Shown: positions 1-13,309 of the stretch, piece by piece | Position numbering within the stretch: the first letter of the stretch is position 1 | Layout of the letters: each line of letters begins with the position of its first letter | Source of the DNA: Chlorokybus atmophyticus | Taxonomy: Eukaryota > Plantae > Mesostigma and Chlorokybus algae | Reading direction: 5' to 3' | DNA: 64,000 bases | Assembly: GCA_009103225.1 (NCBI GenBank) | Contig: RHPI01003124.1 | Location: forward strand, 187,757 to 251,756 | Translations under genes and position numbers: made by a program | Notes under the pieces: generated by a model | What the model was told of the DNA's origin: nothing | Seen by the model: the letters and a program-made list of their open reading frames with translations, nothing else | Databases searched by the model: none

Positions 1-139
1 CCTTCCCCCCTTTGCCAACACCCACACCCACACCCACACGCACGCATACGTTCACGTGCACATGCTCACTTTTGCACATGATGCATGAACTGCTGTGGCT
101 GCGTATGCGTGTTCAGCGGGTGTGCATGATTAGGTGCCT

Positions 140-846
140 GACGTGGCCTTGCTCCACCGAAAGCGACGCACCCTCCTCAGCCCAAGGCTGCAGCTGGTTA
201 TTGAGGCGAGCCTTCGTGTGGCAAAAGCCGCACAAGCAACAAGTGATCACGTCACAAAGACACCCTTAAGGACAGTTCAACACACTCGCACCTGCCCATG
301 GACAGTCCAACATGCACCTGCCATCAATGGCGCAACCATAACCCTTACGTGTACGACAGCAAGTCAAGCAGGATGTCACTCCAAAAAAGCTGCAAATGTG
401 TCGAGCATCCAAACACTCCGTGTTTGCCTGGAGGTTCAGTATTTCTATCGTAAAACCGCTGGCGACCCGCCTTGGCAGCAACCGTCATGGTGGCTGCACA
501 ATACACTCATTACCGTCAAGACAACCGACTGTTGCGCGTGTGCATGCAGCAGGCAAGCACATACCATATGTGACCCTGCACTTCAGCCTGCTGGACTTGA
601 GGGGATGAAGTAGAGTCTGCCTTTATCTGTGGAGGTGGTGTGATTGCCAAGGTGAAGGAGCCCGATTGTGGGTAATGTACGCAGTGTGCCTCTCCCGCAT
701 GTGCAGCCGTAGCGTCCGTCGTTGATATCGTCACCGTAGTGACTGTTGTCGCCGCCGTCGTCGTCGTCGTCATTATAGTTGTCGCCGGCCACCATGAGTT
801 GCGTGTTGGCGTTAACAAACGCCGCGCAGAGCAACAGAATCCGCAC
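140..846 (-). pseudogene. PCC13-62-like (ferritin-like, desiccation-related) pseudogene copy 1; 3' part runs off the window start
   Basis: Exon remnants (signal peptide, PQVQQAEVQ, ILNLQANTECLDAR, KARLNNQLQPWAEE..EQGHVR) match the intact paralog at 42179-44361. Frameshifts near 600 and 430; first exon decayed. Confidence 0.8.
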
Positions 847-963
847 CTGTGAGGAAGCAATTGGCTAGTGCGCTGAATGCACATGTGATACACCAACACT
901 CGTGCGCGTGTCTGCACCTAGACATGTGACACGTGGATGCGGGCGCATTGACACGCATGCACG

Positions 964-1269
<306 letters not shown>

Positions 1270-2602
1270 GTCGGCAACAAGAGTGACGGTCACAAGGAAC
1301 TCGCAGGAGAGGGGGGGAGATGTGAGAGGTAATGGTAGTATAGTGCATCACACGGCTTGCAGGTAGCAATACAGCCATGGGTAATGTAGCCTATATAGCC
1401 TTGGAAACGTGCAGAGTCAATGCCCACATTTGTCATAGTGTCAAACATGCGTTTTCTCTTTCAGCGCCTGCAAGGTTGTTGCGTATTTGGCAGAGGCACA
1501 TTGCAGGCAACAGGTGCGGTGTGCCATACGATGCGATTGCAAGTGTGGTGCTCGTCCAGGGTGGCGGCAAGGTGGACTGAAAAGTGCTTACTTGCACTGA
1601 CATTTGCATGCACGACACCTACCGTTGCAGGCAGCCAGAGCTGCTGGCTGCCTGCTACTGCTGTTCAGCGGCAGCATAGGACAGTTGCGTAGTGGCGACC
1701 ATGTGGACACCATTTGTCGGGCCAACAAGCAGCAGAGCTTGCTGTTGTTTGGTTAATGCGGCACATGCACAAACGTAAGAAAAGCAAAACGCAATGCAGA
1801 ATCGCCACTTACAAGTGCACCTGCGAGTCACAACTTCAAGCAATCCCTGTGTCTTATCTTGCAAAAGCCCACAGGGGCTGACCTGCTCAAGCAGTCCAGC
1901 TGTCGCTGCCAGGCTCTTACCTTGTAAACGCTGGCTGGTAAGGCTGCCCACATTGATCAGCAGGCAGGCCAGCCGCTGCCGCAGCTGCCCCACATAGAGC
2001 AGAACGCTTTGCAGGCTAGCGCACCCTGATATATCAATATGTAGCGGTTAGCGGCTCTGCTAACTTAGAGCAGCATGTCTCACTGGCGTCGTGTCAAGAC
2101 TTGTGACCTATACCGTAGATACCAGCGTCGGGCATTGGCGCTGAGCATGCGCATGCGCATGCGGCTCTTGGAGGCGGAGGTGTTGCTAGCGTGTCTCGTA
2201 GCCTGATTCTCACAGCATGCGGCAGTAGGACATGCGTTCACAGGTTGATCAGCTCGCTGTCGTAATTGCAGCAGTTTCAGCGGCTTGAAGCGCTAGCGCT
2301 CAGGCTGACCTTTGCCTCCCTAAGGGCCAAGCAGGCCGGAGCTATTCTTGGAAACAGGTGGATTTGGTACTGTGGGCTCCTGCAGCTGTTAACACTTGAC
2401 AGTCGGTGAGTTTGCTTGTGCAATGCTGCTTGGTAGCTGCGCGTTTTGTGGTTTTGTTGAGCAGCAGCGTCACCGCAATGCATGCAAGCAGTAGACAGCT
2501 GACCATTGCAATACAGCCGCAGGTACAGCATTGCATGACATGTTGGTCATTCATGTGGCATGCGTATGAACTCCATTTGGAGGGTAGTCCAGTGAACTGC
2601 GC

Positions 2603-2939
<337 letters not shown>

Positions 2940-3848
2940 TGAAGTCTTGCACCGCATAGCCATGTGTTTGTGGCACAGTGCAGCCAAGACACAAGCTGCT
3001 GTGGCTTGTCGTGGCTGCACTGTGCCACGACAAAGAGCTGAGACCAGCTACGCTTGCAAGCATGGCTTTATGTCAAGTATCTTAACGGCCCAAGGCATGC
3101 CTTGCCCACGTAGGCTTTCCCACTGTCGGACAGTTGCACAACAACACTCATAAAAAGTTTCTTTGGTGACTTGTGCTTGGTTGTCTCACCTGCATGTGGT
3201 AGCGCAATTCCTAGCGTTGGCCATCATATCAGTTGGGGTGGTGCATGTGGCGTCATGACTTGACATAAGTACTAGACCATTGCCAGTGTCGGGACAATCC
3301 TAACCATTGCCTCATAGAACTGGAAGCATTGACAGCAAAGGCAAATAGAGTCAAGGACGTTAGCGATGCACTGATCAGCTGCCGACTGACTGTCCCACAG
3401 CTGCTGCAGCGTGCAGTTGGTGGGACACGCAGTAAGTCAATGCTCAATGCTACCAACCTGCTGATGCACCACTGGCACTCGCATACTCAGCCTCATCCTT
3501 GTTGCTTGGTAGGGCGACGCTGTGCTGCTGCGTGCAGTCTCCAAAGCCATGCGAGCGCTTGTGGCAAAGGAGACCCCGCAGTCTGTTGTGCACATTTAAG
3601 AACTGCAGTCTGTCCATGGCAGATCAGATTGGTAACCACTAGTAGTGCCATGCGCACACAACTTTAACGTCACAGCGCTAGCGTTTCTAGCTTGAGGCAA
3701 CGAGGATGGCCAACACAGTCGAGCAGTTTAAACGGCAGGAGCGGTCAGTGCTGGCGGCAGAAATTGCACTTTATATCTCATCAAGAAGCAAGTAGCTGCT
3801 GCTTCTGAGCAGCTGCATGCCCTGTCCAGCATGTGCTTGCTGCTTGGG

Positions 3849-4414
3849 CAGAACAGATACTGCCCAAGCAGCTGCTGGACCGCAGTGCTGCAGCAATTCT
3901 AGCTGGTCATCGGCCGCTGAGGCTGGATCACCAACAGCGTGCGTGTCATTTACAACCACAAGAGCTAATGGCTTCAGCAGCATAATGGAGTCGATGGCTC
4001 CCAGGAGGCCTGGTCAACTCAGCCGCAGCGTCCTGGGAGTTAATGCGGCCATGCATCCCGGTAGCCAGGCTTCGCCACATGCTCTGGACACGCAGCCTGT
4101 GAGACGGCCTTACTGAGGCCATCGTCCACCACCAGAACAACTGCCCAAGCAGCTGCTGGACCGCAGTGCTGCAGCAATTCTAGGTGGTCATCGGCCGCTG
4201 AGGCTGGATCACCAACAGCGGGCGTGTCATTTACAACCACAAGAGCAAATGGCTTCAGCAGCATAATGGAGTCGATGGCTCCCAGGAGGCCTGGTCAACT
4301 CAGCAGCAGCGTCCTGGGAGTTAATGCGGCCATGCATCCCGGTAGCCAGGCTTCGCCACATGCTCTGGACCTGCAGCCTGTGAGACGGCCTTACTGAGGC
4401 CATCGTCCACCACC
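3849..4414. repeat. Tandem duplication, two copies of about 281 bp
   Basis: ACTGCCCAAGCAGCTGCTGG at 3859 and 4140; both copies end in GAGGCCATCGTCCACCACC (4133, 4414); only a few substitutions. Confidence 0.95.
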
Positions 4415-5764
4415 GTCGCCGCCTCCCTCTTCACTCACACCATGCGCAGCGCCAGCCTGCCTGCATGGATTTCCGATCAGGCGAGAAAGACATCAACAGT
4501 CTAGCATTGCAGTTTGCCTTTCCCACCGGGTAGTACCTTCATCCATTAGTGTTGAATTTCAGCGAAAGCCTCCGGTATCCGCGTCCTGCCATGCATGCAT
4601 CATGCGGCAGGCGCCATGCTAATTAGCACTATAAGCTGCCTGTGCAGTGCAAATTTGGAGCTTGCAGCCTGAAGCTTGATGTGGGGAGGGCTTGTGGCTG
4701 CCCGCAGCGACGACCTACGGGTGCATGGCGGCAAAGTGTTCCTGCAAAATGCATTCTGCAGGAACAGCCAGCTTGTCCGTAAACGAGCTGTCCTGGGCCT
4801 GCTGCTGTTGCTACTTGTAAGCTGTGCCTGTAAGGTGCGCACTTAGCATCCTGTCTGCACGCACACAATAGCCCAGAATGTGTGTGCTACATGCGCAAGG
4901 CTTGCAAGCAGAGTAGGGCCGGTGTCAGCTATTCATGCTTGTCCCGTATACTCTGTGAATGCATGCGTAAGCTGTCGGCAAGCGGCCACTGTAGCAAAGA
5001 TTGGTGAGCTCATCGCAGAACTAGTAGTATTGGTTCTACAGGTTGCCGGACAAGCCGTGTGTTAGAGCTGACGAGTTGCAAGATGAGCTGGCAGGCACGA
5101 CAGTGGTCGTCATGCCGTCAAGCTTGCAATCATTGTCGTCGTGCAGAGTAGTCATCTCGCAGCGTGCAAGACTCGCGAGCGGTTGACTTGTTGCTTGCTT
5201 TTCAGTAAAGTGTGTGCGCATGCTGATGAAAGCGCCAACTTGAAGACCAATGGTGGTGGAGGATAGCAGACTGAGGCTGTCACACTCAGCCATCTTGGTG
5301 AGTGAATGAGTTGGTCGAGGGTCTTGCGGGCCTCGACCAAAGCATCATCCGATTATAAGCTGGAGTGCCCAGGCAGTTTGCCCATCGTTCTTGACGTGGT
5401 TGCCAAGGCGCCAGTCACCGTTGATGACTCAGTCTTGTTTTCTTGAACAGAACGTGTGCTGCAGTGCGTGTGCGTGAAACTGTCAGGCTGCACTAGCTGC
5501 TGGCCAACCAAGCAGTCTGTCAGTGCATTGAAGCGTCTTGCTTCAACCACGTTGGTCTAATCTGATATCGTACACATGGTGACTTGTCCTGTTTGCACGG
5601 ACGCATGCAACGACTACATGCATGCAGCGTTTTACGCATGCCTCATTGCATGTGCCTTGATGTGTGTATATGTGTGTGTTTGTGACACATGCGCTTTGTA
5701 CAGTACATGATGTTAGCCATGTGGGCATCAAGAAGCAGCAACTGTTCAGTAGCATCAAGTCAAG

Positions 5765-7746
5765 ATGGCCAAGGCAAGTCTCTCTCTTTCTGCAGCCATG
5801 TTTGGCTCCACGCATGCATGTGCCACGAGTCTGGCACATGCATGAGTGTTGGCGTGTCACGTGTACATGCAGTGCACTCAGCAACCATACTTGCACAGAA
5901 GATTGTGATGCTGTGCGCGGCTGTTGTAATCAACAACGCACGTCTCGGCCTTGCCGGTGACAACTACGGTGATGACGACGTCAAGGACAACAGTCACCAA
6001 AGTGATGACGTCAATGATGACGTCAATGACAACAACGAGGGTTGCTACGTCGGCAGCGCGCGTGAGGGGTGCTCTGCCGACCCGTTCGGTCTCCTTCCCC
6101 TTGGCAATCTCACCACCACGGATCGAGGTGGACCCTCTTGCGTCCCCCAAGTCCAGCAGACTGAAGTGCAGGGTGAATGTGCACACTTACCGTGAATGCA
6201 GGAGACAAGCACACACGTGTGTGCTTGTCTCCTGCATTCACGCGTGCAACAGTCAGTTGTGTCGTGCAGCGCCAATTGATGCCAAGGCGCGTCGCCAGTG
6301 GATCTACAACGAGATGTGCTAAACATCTTGACAAACAGGATGTTTCGAAGCTCGTTTTGATACTTGCGCGTTCTTCGGCCGCGACATCCTGGAGGACTTG
6401 CTGTCAAACACCGGAAAGGGGCGTGGCCGGGCCATCCATGGAAAGTAAGTGAGGGTGTTGGATGTGGATTGAGGGTGTCACGTGTTCACTTGTTTCACTT
6501 TGCAAGCGGCTCCTGACACGATGGAACGGCTCGCCTCAGACAAGGAGGCTCGCCTCAGCAACCAGCTGCAGCCGTGGGCTGAGGAGGTCACATTGGATGA
6601 GCAAGGCAACATTAGATAGCTACCCGATTTTGCGCAACTTATTGTTGAACGTCTGCACGTGCGCCCGCAGACGCATGAGGGCTGTGCACGCATGCGAGTG
6701 CGCGCATGTGCGTGTTCGTGACACATGTGTGCACATGCGTTTATCTGCGAGGTGCTGCGGGACTGCTTGGTGCCGTGCCCGGTCGTCGACATCACCATGG
6801 GTGTCACCAAGTTTGTTGACACCGCCATCGGCAAGCGCAGCAACCCCACTTCAACTGCTACACAGACAACATCCGTTGCCTGGGCACCTGGCTCGTGAAG
6901 GTACTCTTTGGCTTTGTGTGTTCCTATGTTTGTCTGTCTTGTCTGTCTAAGTTTGCTCAAGTTCTGTACGGTGGTTGCTGTGGGTATTCACACTTGGCCT
7001 TGCTGCCTGTGCTCTGCTGAAAATCGGCGCCACCGGCGACAAGGTAAGGCCACCCACGTATGTTGGGTTGTTTCATGCGTGTTACGCTATGCTCAGCTCA
7101 GAGAGTAGTGTACCCGCTGATGGTTAATACCACAGTGTTTGATAACGTGGGGTTCAAGGGATGCATCTTGCTGATGAGCAACCCGGGGCTGGCGGATGCG
7201 GTGGGACCGTGGGGTTGGCGTGTTTATAGCGCTACCAGTCGGTAGTGGACAGGAAGCTGCTCTGGAACCGTCGCAACTACACGCCAATGGTCAAAGAGTA
7301 CTGCCTGCCTGTGTTTGAGGTGGTGCAGGCGGCGTTGAACCTCCGCAACCAACTGGATGGGCCCCTCAACGACGACCGGGGCCTGTAACATATTGACACG
7401 AACTGCATTGCAGTCCCCACCCACAAGATCAACAACGTGCCCACCGACATCCACGGCCTCACGCCCAAGCAGGTACCGATGATATGTGCGTGTGCACATA
7501 TAGAGAGCACATAGCTAAGTTTGAGGACGAGGAGCCACACGAACGCGCACGCGCATGCACACGCACACACATGCAACACACACACAATGCGCGTCAGGTC
7601 CTGAACATCTTGACCTTGGGATCGGTGAATGGCACCAGTGGGTCCTTTCCCCAAAGCATCACCAGCAAGATCAACACCATCGGCTTTGCCGACCAAGTCA
7701 ATGGCTTCGCAGGCTACCCCTGCAACAAGATCACCATCAGAACATG
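5765..7746 (+). pseudogene. PCC13-62-like pseudogene copy 2
   Basis: Same exon layout as 42179-44361 (MAK|signal peptide ... EVTLDEQG ... INNVPTD..TPKQ|VLNILTLGS). A frameshift gives TAA at 6320-6322, there is another stop near 7386, and the last exon is missing. Confidence 0.85.
6191..6242. repeat. Perfect 52-bp palindrome in intron 2 of copy 2
   Basis: CGTGAATGCAGGAGACAAGCACACAC|GTGTGTGCTTGTCTCCTGCATTCACG is self-reverse-complementary. Confidence 0.95.
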
Positions 7747-8313
7747 AACCAAATAAATAGTGTGTAAGTGTGCGCGCGCGAGCGCGCGCGTGCAACTTGA
7801 ATGTGTGTAGAGCGCACCAGCTGTTGTTGCTGGTGCGCTCTACACACATCACTTGAGTTACCAATACGCTGATTACCGCCATTATGATGGCATGGCACCT
7901 GCATGCATGGATGTCATGACAGTCATCTGTATAAAGCAAAGCAAATAACTTGCACTACGATGACGACCCTAGCGCATATGATGTAGTGGACACAGATGTG
8001 CCAACTGTAATTGTTACTCGCGATACAATCAACACCAATGGAGACGCGCTGCATGCAAGAGCATCGGCATCATGGCACATGATAGTTCACATCGTTGTCA
8101 TGAACCCATTCATATACCCCTTACAGATCTTGCGTCCTACTTGCGCATAGTCTCTCAGCACCCATCATCGCCGAGCATTAAGCTCAAGCTAAGATCTAGA
8201 TTGCGCTTATGCTTGTCGCTATGCTATACTTATCCTGCTATCCGCTGCCAAGCGTGTGTGCGCTGGTTGCAGCTTGGAGAGAGTTTATTGCGGAGAGAAT
8301 TGTGGGTCTGCTG

Positions 8314-10651
8314 CTACTTGCACAGCTTGCCGGCGACCCATGCCTTGTCGCTTTTGTTGAGCTGGGCGTCACCGTAGCACGTGTTGGGCTTCCCGCAACC
8401 AAACAGCTTGCACACCTGCAGTCAAGTCAGCAGAAGTGAGACACACATACATACTCGCGCCCTTGTGTGTACTACATGTGTGCATATGCGTGTGCGCGCG
8501 TACATTGCTGTAGCGGCCGTTGCCGGTGTAGTATGACCAATATGTGCAGGCGAGGTTGGCCTTGCACTTGTGGCAGCAGGTGTCGGCGTCGAGGACGCCA
8601 TTGATCCACTTGATGCGGTTCAGCGGGGGAGTCTTCCACAGCCCCGTGGACACCGGCTTCGAGCAGAAGGACTTGCACACCTTATCACCATTTAGACGCG
8701 TCTGCACAGGGAGCGATGCAGTGAGTTACAGCAAGATGCATGCGCACAGACACGCCCTTCCACGCACGCATGCATCACAACATCCACACTGACAAACGGA
8801 ACGCCGACATACCTGTTCGTAGAAGCCATGGTTGCAGATGCACTGGTAGCCGCCAGTCACAGGCTTGCAGCGACCGTTGTCACCGCACGGGTTGGGTCTG
8901 CAGACTGCGTGCACAAAGGCATTCAGGCACAAGTGATATGCAGTCTCACACGCATGCATGTGTACACTAACGCTGCATCCCCTCCACTTCTGCACTCACC
9001 ATGACGAGAAGGAGGTGAGGGTGGGGGCGGTGACGGCGGCGGTGGTGGCAGCGCCTGAGCAACAGGACGGGAATGAGTTTGATTACAGCTGCATTAGTCA
9101 CTGTACATAGTATGTACACGACAACACACCACAAGCTCACCTCACAGACTCCAGCGCGACACACACCGTCTGGGCAGGGCGTCTCATCCGCCTTGCCAAA
9201 ACAGAACTCTGCACAGAGGATGCCAAGTCTCAATTATACATACCGCACAGACCGCTGCAACAATAACAGAGCACACACGCACCTTGAACGATGACGGTGA
9301 AGGAGCAGGCGGTTTCAAGCACATTGGCACCGGAGCCGCGCTGGAATGTCTCCTGCACGGCGAGCACGCGCCCACTATCAGCGGCTGCGGGGGAGAATGT
9401 GGCTGTGGTGTGAAGGGGTGAAGCCACGGCTGTGCCCTCGGGCGGGGTTATATCGAAGGCGCCGTCCGGGGTAGGCGTGATGGAGTAGAGAGGTGTGATT
9501 CTGGCACTGGAGGTGGCGGTGATGCCGAGGGTGAGGACATCCGCCACGGGGACGTTGCATTGAACTCCCGTGGCTTCTTGCGTGCACTGTGGCGGGAGCG
9601 GGGTGTCGAAGCTGCACACGGGTGGCTGCGCGGTCACGCTCACAATCTCTATGATGAAGTCCAGCCCGTGCTGAGCGGGGGCGTTGCCGGCGTGGTTTTC
9701 CTCTATGATCACCTGCACGGCGTAGAGCTGCCCCACCGCAGTCCCGTCCGTGCGCCAATCCAGCGTGCACGAGGGGGACACCGTGAGCGTGTCTATCGCA
9801 CTTGGGCTGTTGGAGATAAGGGACTCGCCATATGTGGCACGTCGGCACGTGAACGAGTCCAGGTCTGGGTCCAGCACAGGCAGTTGGATGGTGTTGTCCT
9901 CCGCCGGACCGGCCACCTGGATGATGGGCGGCGAGGAGGAGACCACGCCGCCGGTGTTGCCGTTGTTCATGTCAATGACAGTCTCCACAAAGAAATCGCT
10001 GTCGTGAGAATTGACCAGCGTCGAGATCCGGCAGCAGTCATGAATGAATGTTAAGAATGGGCCCGGCCCGCCATAACTCTTCGTAATCTGACACGAGAAA
10101 TGCACGTCAGTCTCAAATGCGCATATGCATGTGCGCATGTGTGCATGTGCGCATGTGTGCATGTGTGCATGTATGTGTCTGACCTGAGCCTGGCCGTCCA
10201 CTATGTCTCGCGCAACGTTTGCCCCTGTCACAGTGAGATCTACGGGAGTAATGGCACTGCCATCGCCAAAGGTGAAGAAGCCCGAGGTAAAGGTGTCGCC
10301 GTTAGATGGCGGCGTGCTGAAGAAGTAGCTCAACCTCCAGCTCTGGGGTAAAAGCATAAGTGTCAGGGTGTTGTGCCGCACATTGGCGGCATGTGCACGC
10401 ATGTCAATGGAAACACGTACCTGGGTAATGGTGATGATGACGTCGTAGGGGCCAGCGTTGGGGCTGGTGTCTTTGCGCCAGGACGTGAAGCTGTAGCGGA
10501 AATGGGTGGCTTGGGCTGTGCCAGCTTGGGTGGCCAGCGCCACAATGACAACAAGCCACCACCAGGGCGGCATTGCTGCTGCGACTCTGCCTGGCTTCGT
10601 CATGCTCCTTACTGCACACGCAGTAAGAAAGACCGTTAGGGCAGTTAGCAT
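8314..10651 (-). CDS. Multi-exon secreted protein: signal peptide, 'THFRY..DCCRIS' extracellular domain, beta-rich repeat, Ser/Pro linker, EGF-like, PAN/Apple-like
   Basis: ORF 9230-10678 includes two in-frame introns. Downstream exons give EFCFGKADETPCPDGVC, ALPPPPPSPPPPSP, CRPNPCGDNGRCKPVTGGYQCICNHG (EGF spacing), DTCCHKCKANLACTYWSY..VCKL (PAN-like); stop TAG at 8314-8316. Confidence 0.75.
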
Positions 10652-12564
10652 TGCACAAAAAGGAGACCAGCAATGCACCTTTGGAGCAAATAATTAGATG
10701 AGACAGCTGTTGCGTTTATCCACAGCATGCCAGTATGCACATGTGGGCATGCAGTAGACACATGTATGACAGACGCATGCAATGCACGAGTGCTACTAGT
10801 CTAGTAGAGACCAGAGCAGCTTACCTTAGCCAAGGCGGGCCAGGCGGCTGAGCTGCGGCAGAACAAAAGAGAAGATGAGACTGGATGAGAGAGCGTTTCT
10901 GCTGCAATTTTATACCCGCACTTGAGCAGATTGTGCTGCTGCAATGGCCAGTCGCAGCAAGCACTGACCTTGCCCATCGCACGGCACGCACAAAACGATA
11001 AGATATGCACGACACTCGCGTTGCCATCTGACAGCGTCGCTCCTTGCAGATGTTGTTCCATGCCTGTTGACTGAGCTTTACAAGGAGTCTTGGTTGCCTG
11101 CAGCGAAAGCCACTTTGGTGGAGAGTTGACAGTTGGAAGCAGCATTGCAAGCACGTTATGTTCTGTACTTACGCATCCTGTCACTTTGGCCGCTAACTGC
11201 AGTACACTTGTAGCTAAGTAAGTTTGTAGTATTGCCGGCGAACTTGCACGGTAGGCCTTGCACGGTAGGCCGACCCATGCATGCTACACGTATGTGCGTT
11301 GTTACCTGGACAGTGAGTCGTAGTAGTCAGGAACATTTGATGCCTGCACGCATCCATGCATCGCGTCACGGCGCGTCGCGACACGCCTCTCTGACGCACG
11401 CGAGGCGTCGTGCGATCTTTCAGACTAGGCATGCGTTGAGCCAATGGTAGCCTAGAGGATGCGTGCATGTGGCCACACAAAAAGCGAGCCGCAAGCATCC
11501 TGGATGGCAGGCCTTGCGTTGGCAACGCGAGTGTTCCGGACTGTTGCAACGAATGTGTGTATAGACCTACGGCTAGGGCTAGGGCCTGACTCGCGTTGCC
11601 ACATTGTGTACTTGCAACTTTGTGTGCGACTCGCCTGTGCAGACAGCAGAGCTGGCAAAAGGCAGGGCGGCAGCTTGCTTCTCCGCTGAGCAGAATACAG
11701 CCGCCATGCACGACGAACTCGTACGCCGCCAGCAGCGCACACAACCTCCTCTGAATGGCCTGCCATATGACAGGCTGCAACAAGCCTTGCGGCAGCGGCG
11801 GCGATGGCAACGCGAGTGCATGCTAACTTTGATTTAAAAATACCACTGGCAACGCGTGTGTGCTGTAGTTTAGCTGACCAATTGCAATGCGTGCGACTTA
11901 GCGAATGCATTCATCCAGTGGGTTTCACCCACACGCCAGCGCTAGCTTGAGTCTCAGCTGTGCATGCCCAAGAGCTGGTTGCCAACCAACACGCCAAGCA
12001 TAGCCTGGCTGCAGTCTGGCGCGGGATCGCTGGCGACGGCGTTGTTCGGCCATGGTGAGTCACAAAGCATGCAACGTGCAGATCAACATGAGTCGTGACA
12101 TCTCAGTGAATTGCGCCATGCTATGCATGATGGTATCTCAGGCCGCTAACACGCAGCACTTACAGATCTCAAGGGTTGATCGTCTCTGCTGACCCAGACA
12201 GCTCGACAGCGTAAGTGTTTGGGCTGATGGTATGAGCAAGTCAGTTGTCAAGCAGTCTTGAATCAAACTATCATCGGTTGGTCAAGCACCTTGCAATGCG
12301 AGGCATTCCACTCAATGCTTCCGCCTGTCGAGTTATACTTGTAATCGTGTAACCACAACTGGATGGCCTTATGCCGTTGTGCTGTAAGATTTCCAGGGGT
12401 GCCACTGCTACATGATGCATCACGCGCATGCGCGCAGGCACGCACAAGCGCGCGCAAATGCATGCACGCGCATGCACATATGCACACTCATGTAAGCGCA
12501 TGCATGCACACACGCACATGATGCGTGTACATGCACGGGCACACATACTTCTCCCGATCATGCA

Positions 12565-13309
12565 GGAATCCTTCAGGCGCAGCCGTATGGGGCCCATACC
12601 TGCTGATGGGACTCCCGCTGATTACCCGCTGCTTGGTTGGGTCTTCAAAAATCAATTGACCGCTGCTGGCTCTTCTCTCAGCCAGGTACGTGTCTTACAG
12701 CAAACAGTAATTAGCTTACTCATCACAACTCGAGATGCCACTTAAAAATTGCAATGATGACAGCCACCACACAGCAGCACAAGTCTTGAGTGAAATGAGC
12801 CCCTGAGGGGCTCATTTCACTCAAGACTGCGTGAGTATTGTTGTTGACACCCAGCCCAACATGTTGATTAAATGTGGGCTTTGTGGCAGCGTGAGGGCGT
12901 TGAGCTGTTGGCCTAATACACGCGGCAGATGGAGCAGCGGACGACAGCAAAGGCGAAGGTCAAGCATGGGACTGACTTCAATCTCAGCCTGCTGGTCGTG
13001 GACATAGCAAATTGACTCCAACGTGCGTTTTTGCATGTCAAAGGTGATCTTACCCATGTCATACGCGCGCGCGCGCCTTTTAACACGCCCGCCTCACGCA
13101 CCAATGCATGAGACGGGTGGGTGTTGGGAAAATCACGCTCATACGTGGACACGTATGTACATTTTTGTGCGTGTTTTATGTCGTATGCGAGTTGTGCTAT
13201 ACATGCTTGCTTGCCGGAGAGACATGTGATGATAGTGAAGGTATTGAGGCGTCTCCAGCTGGTCAGGTTGGGCCTTACGGTTGGTACCAACAAGGTCTTT
13301 GTGTCATGA
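12565..13309 (+). pseudogene. Decayed spliced gene fragment of unknown family
   Basis: Three exon-like segments with AG/GT ends (ESFRRSRMGPIPADG..; REGVELLA*YTRQMEQ..IAN*LQ; RHVMIVKVLRRLQ..) containing in-frame stops. Confidence 0.35.

Noticed and set aside
7950-8100. Similarity to 41600-41660 (YDDDP)
   Set aside because: Too short and without extension; probably chance.
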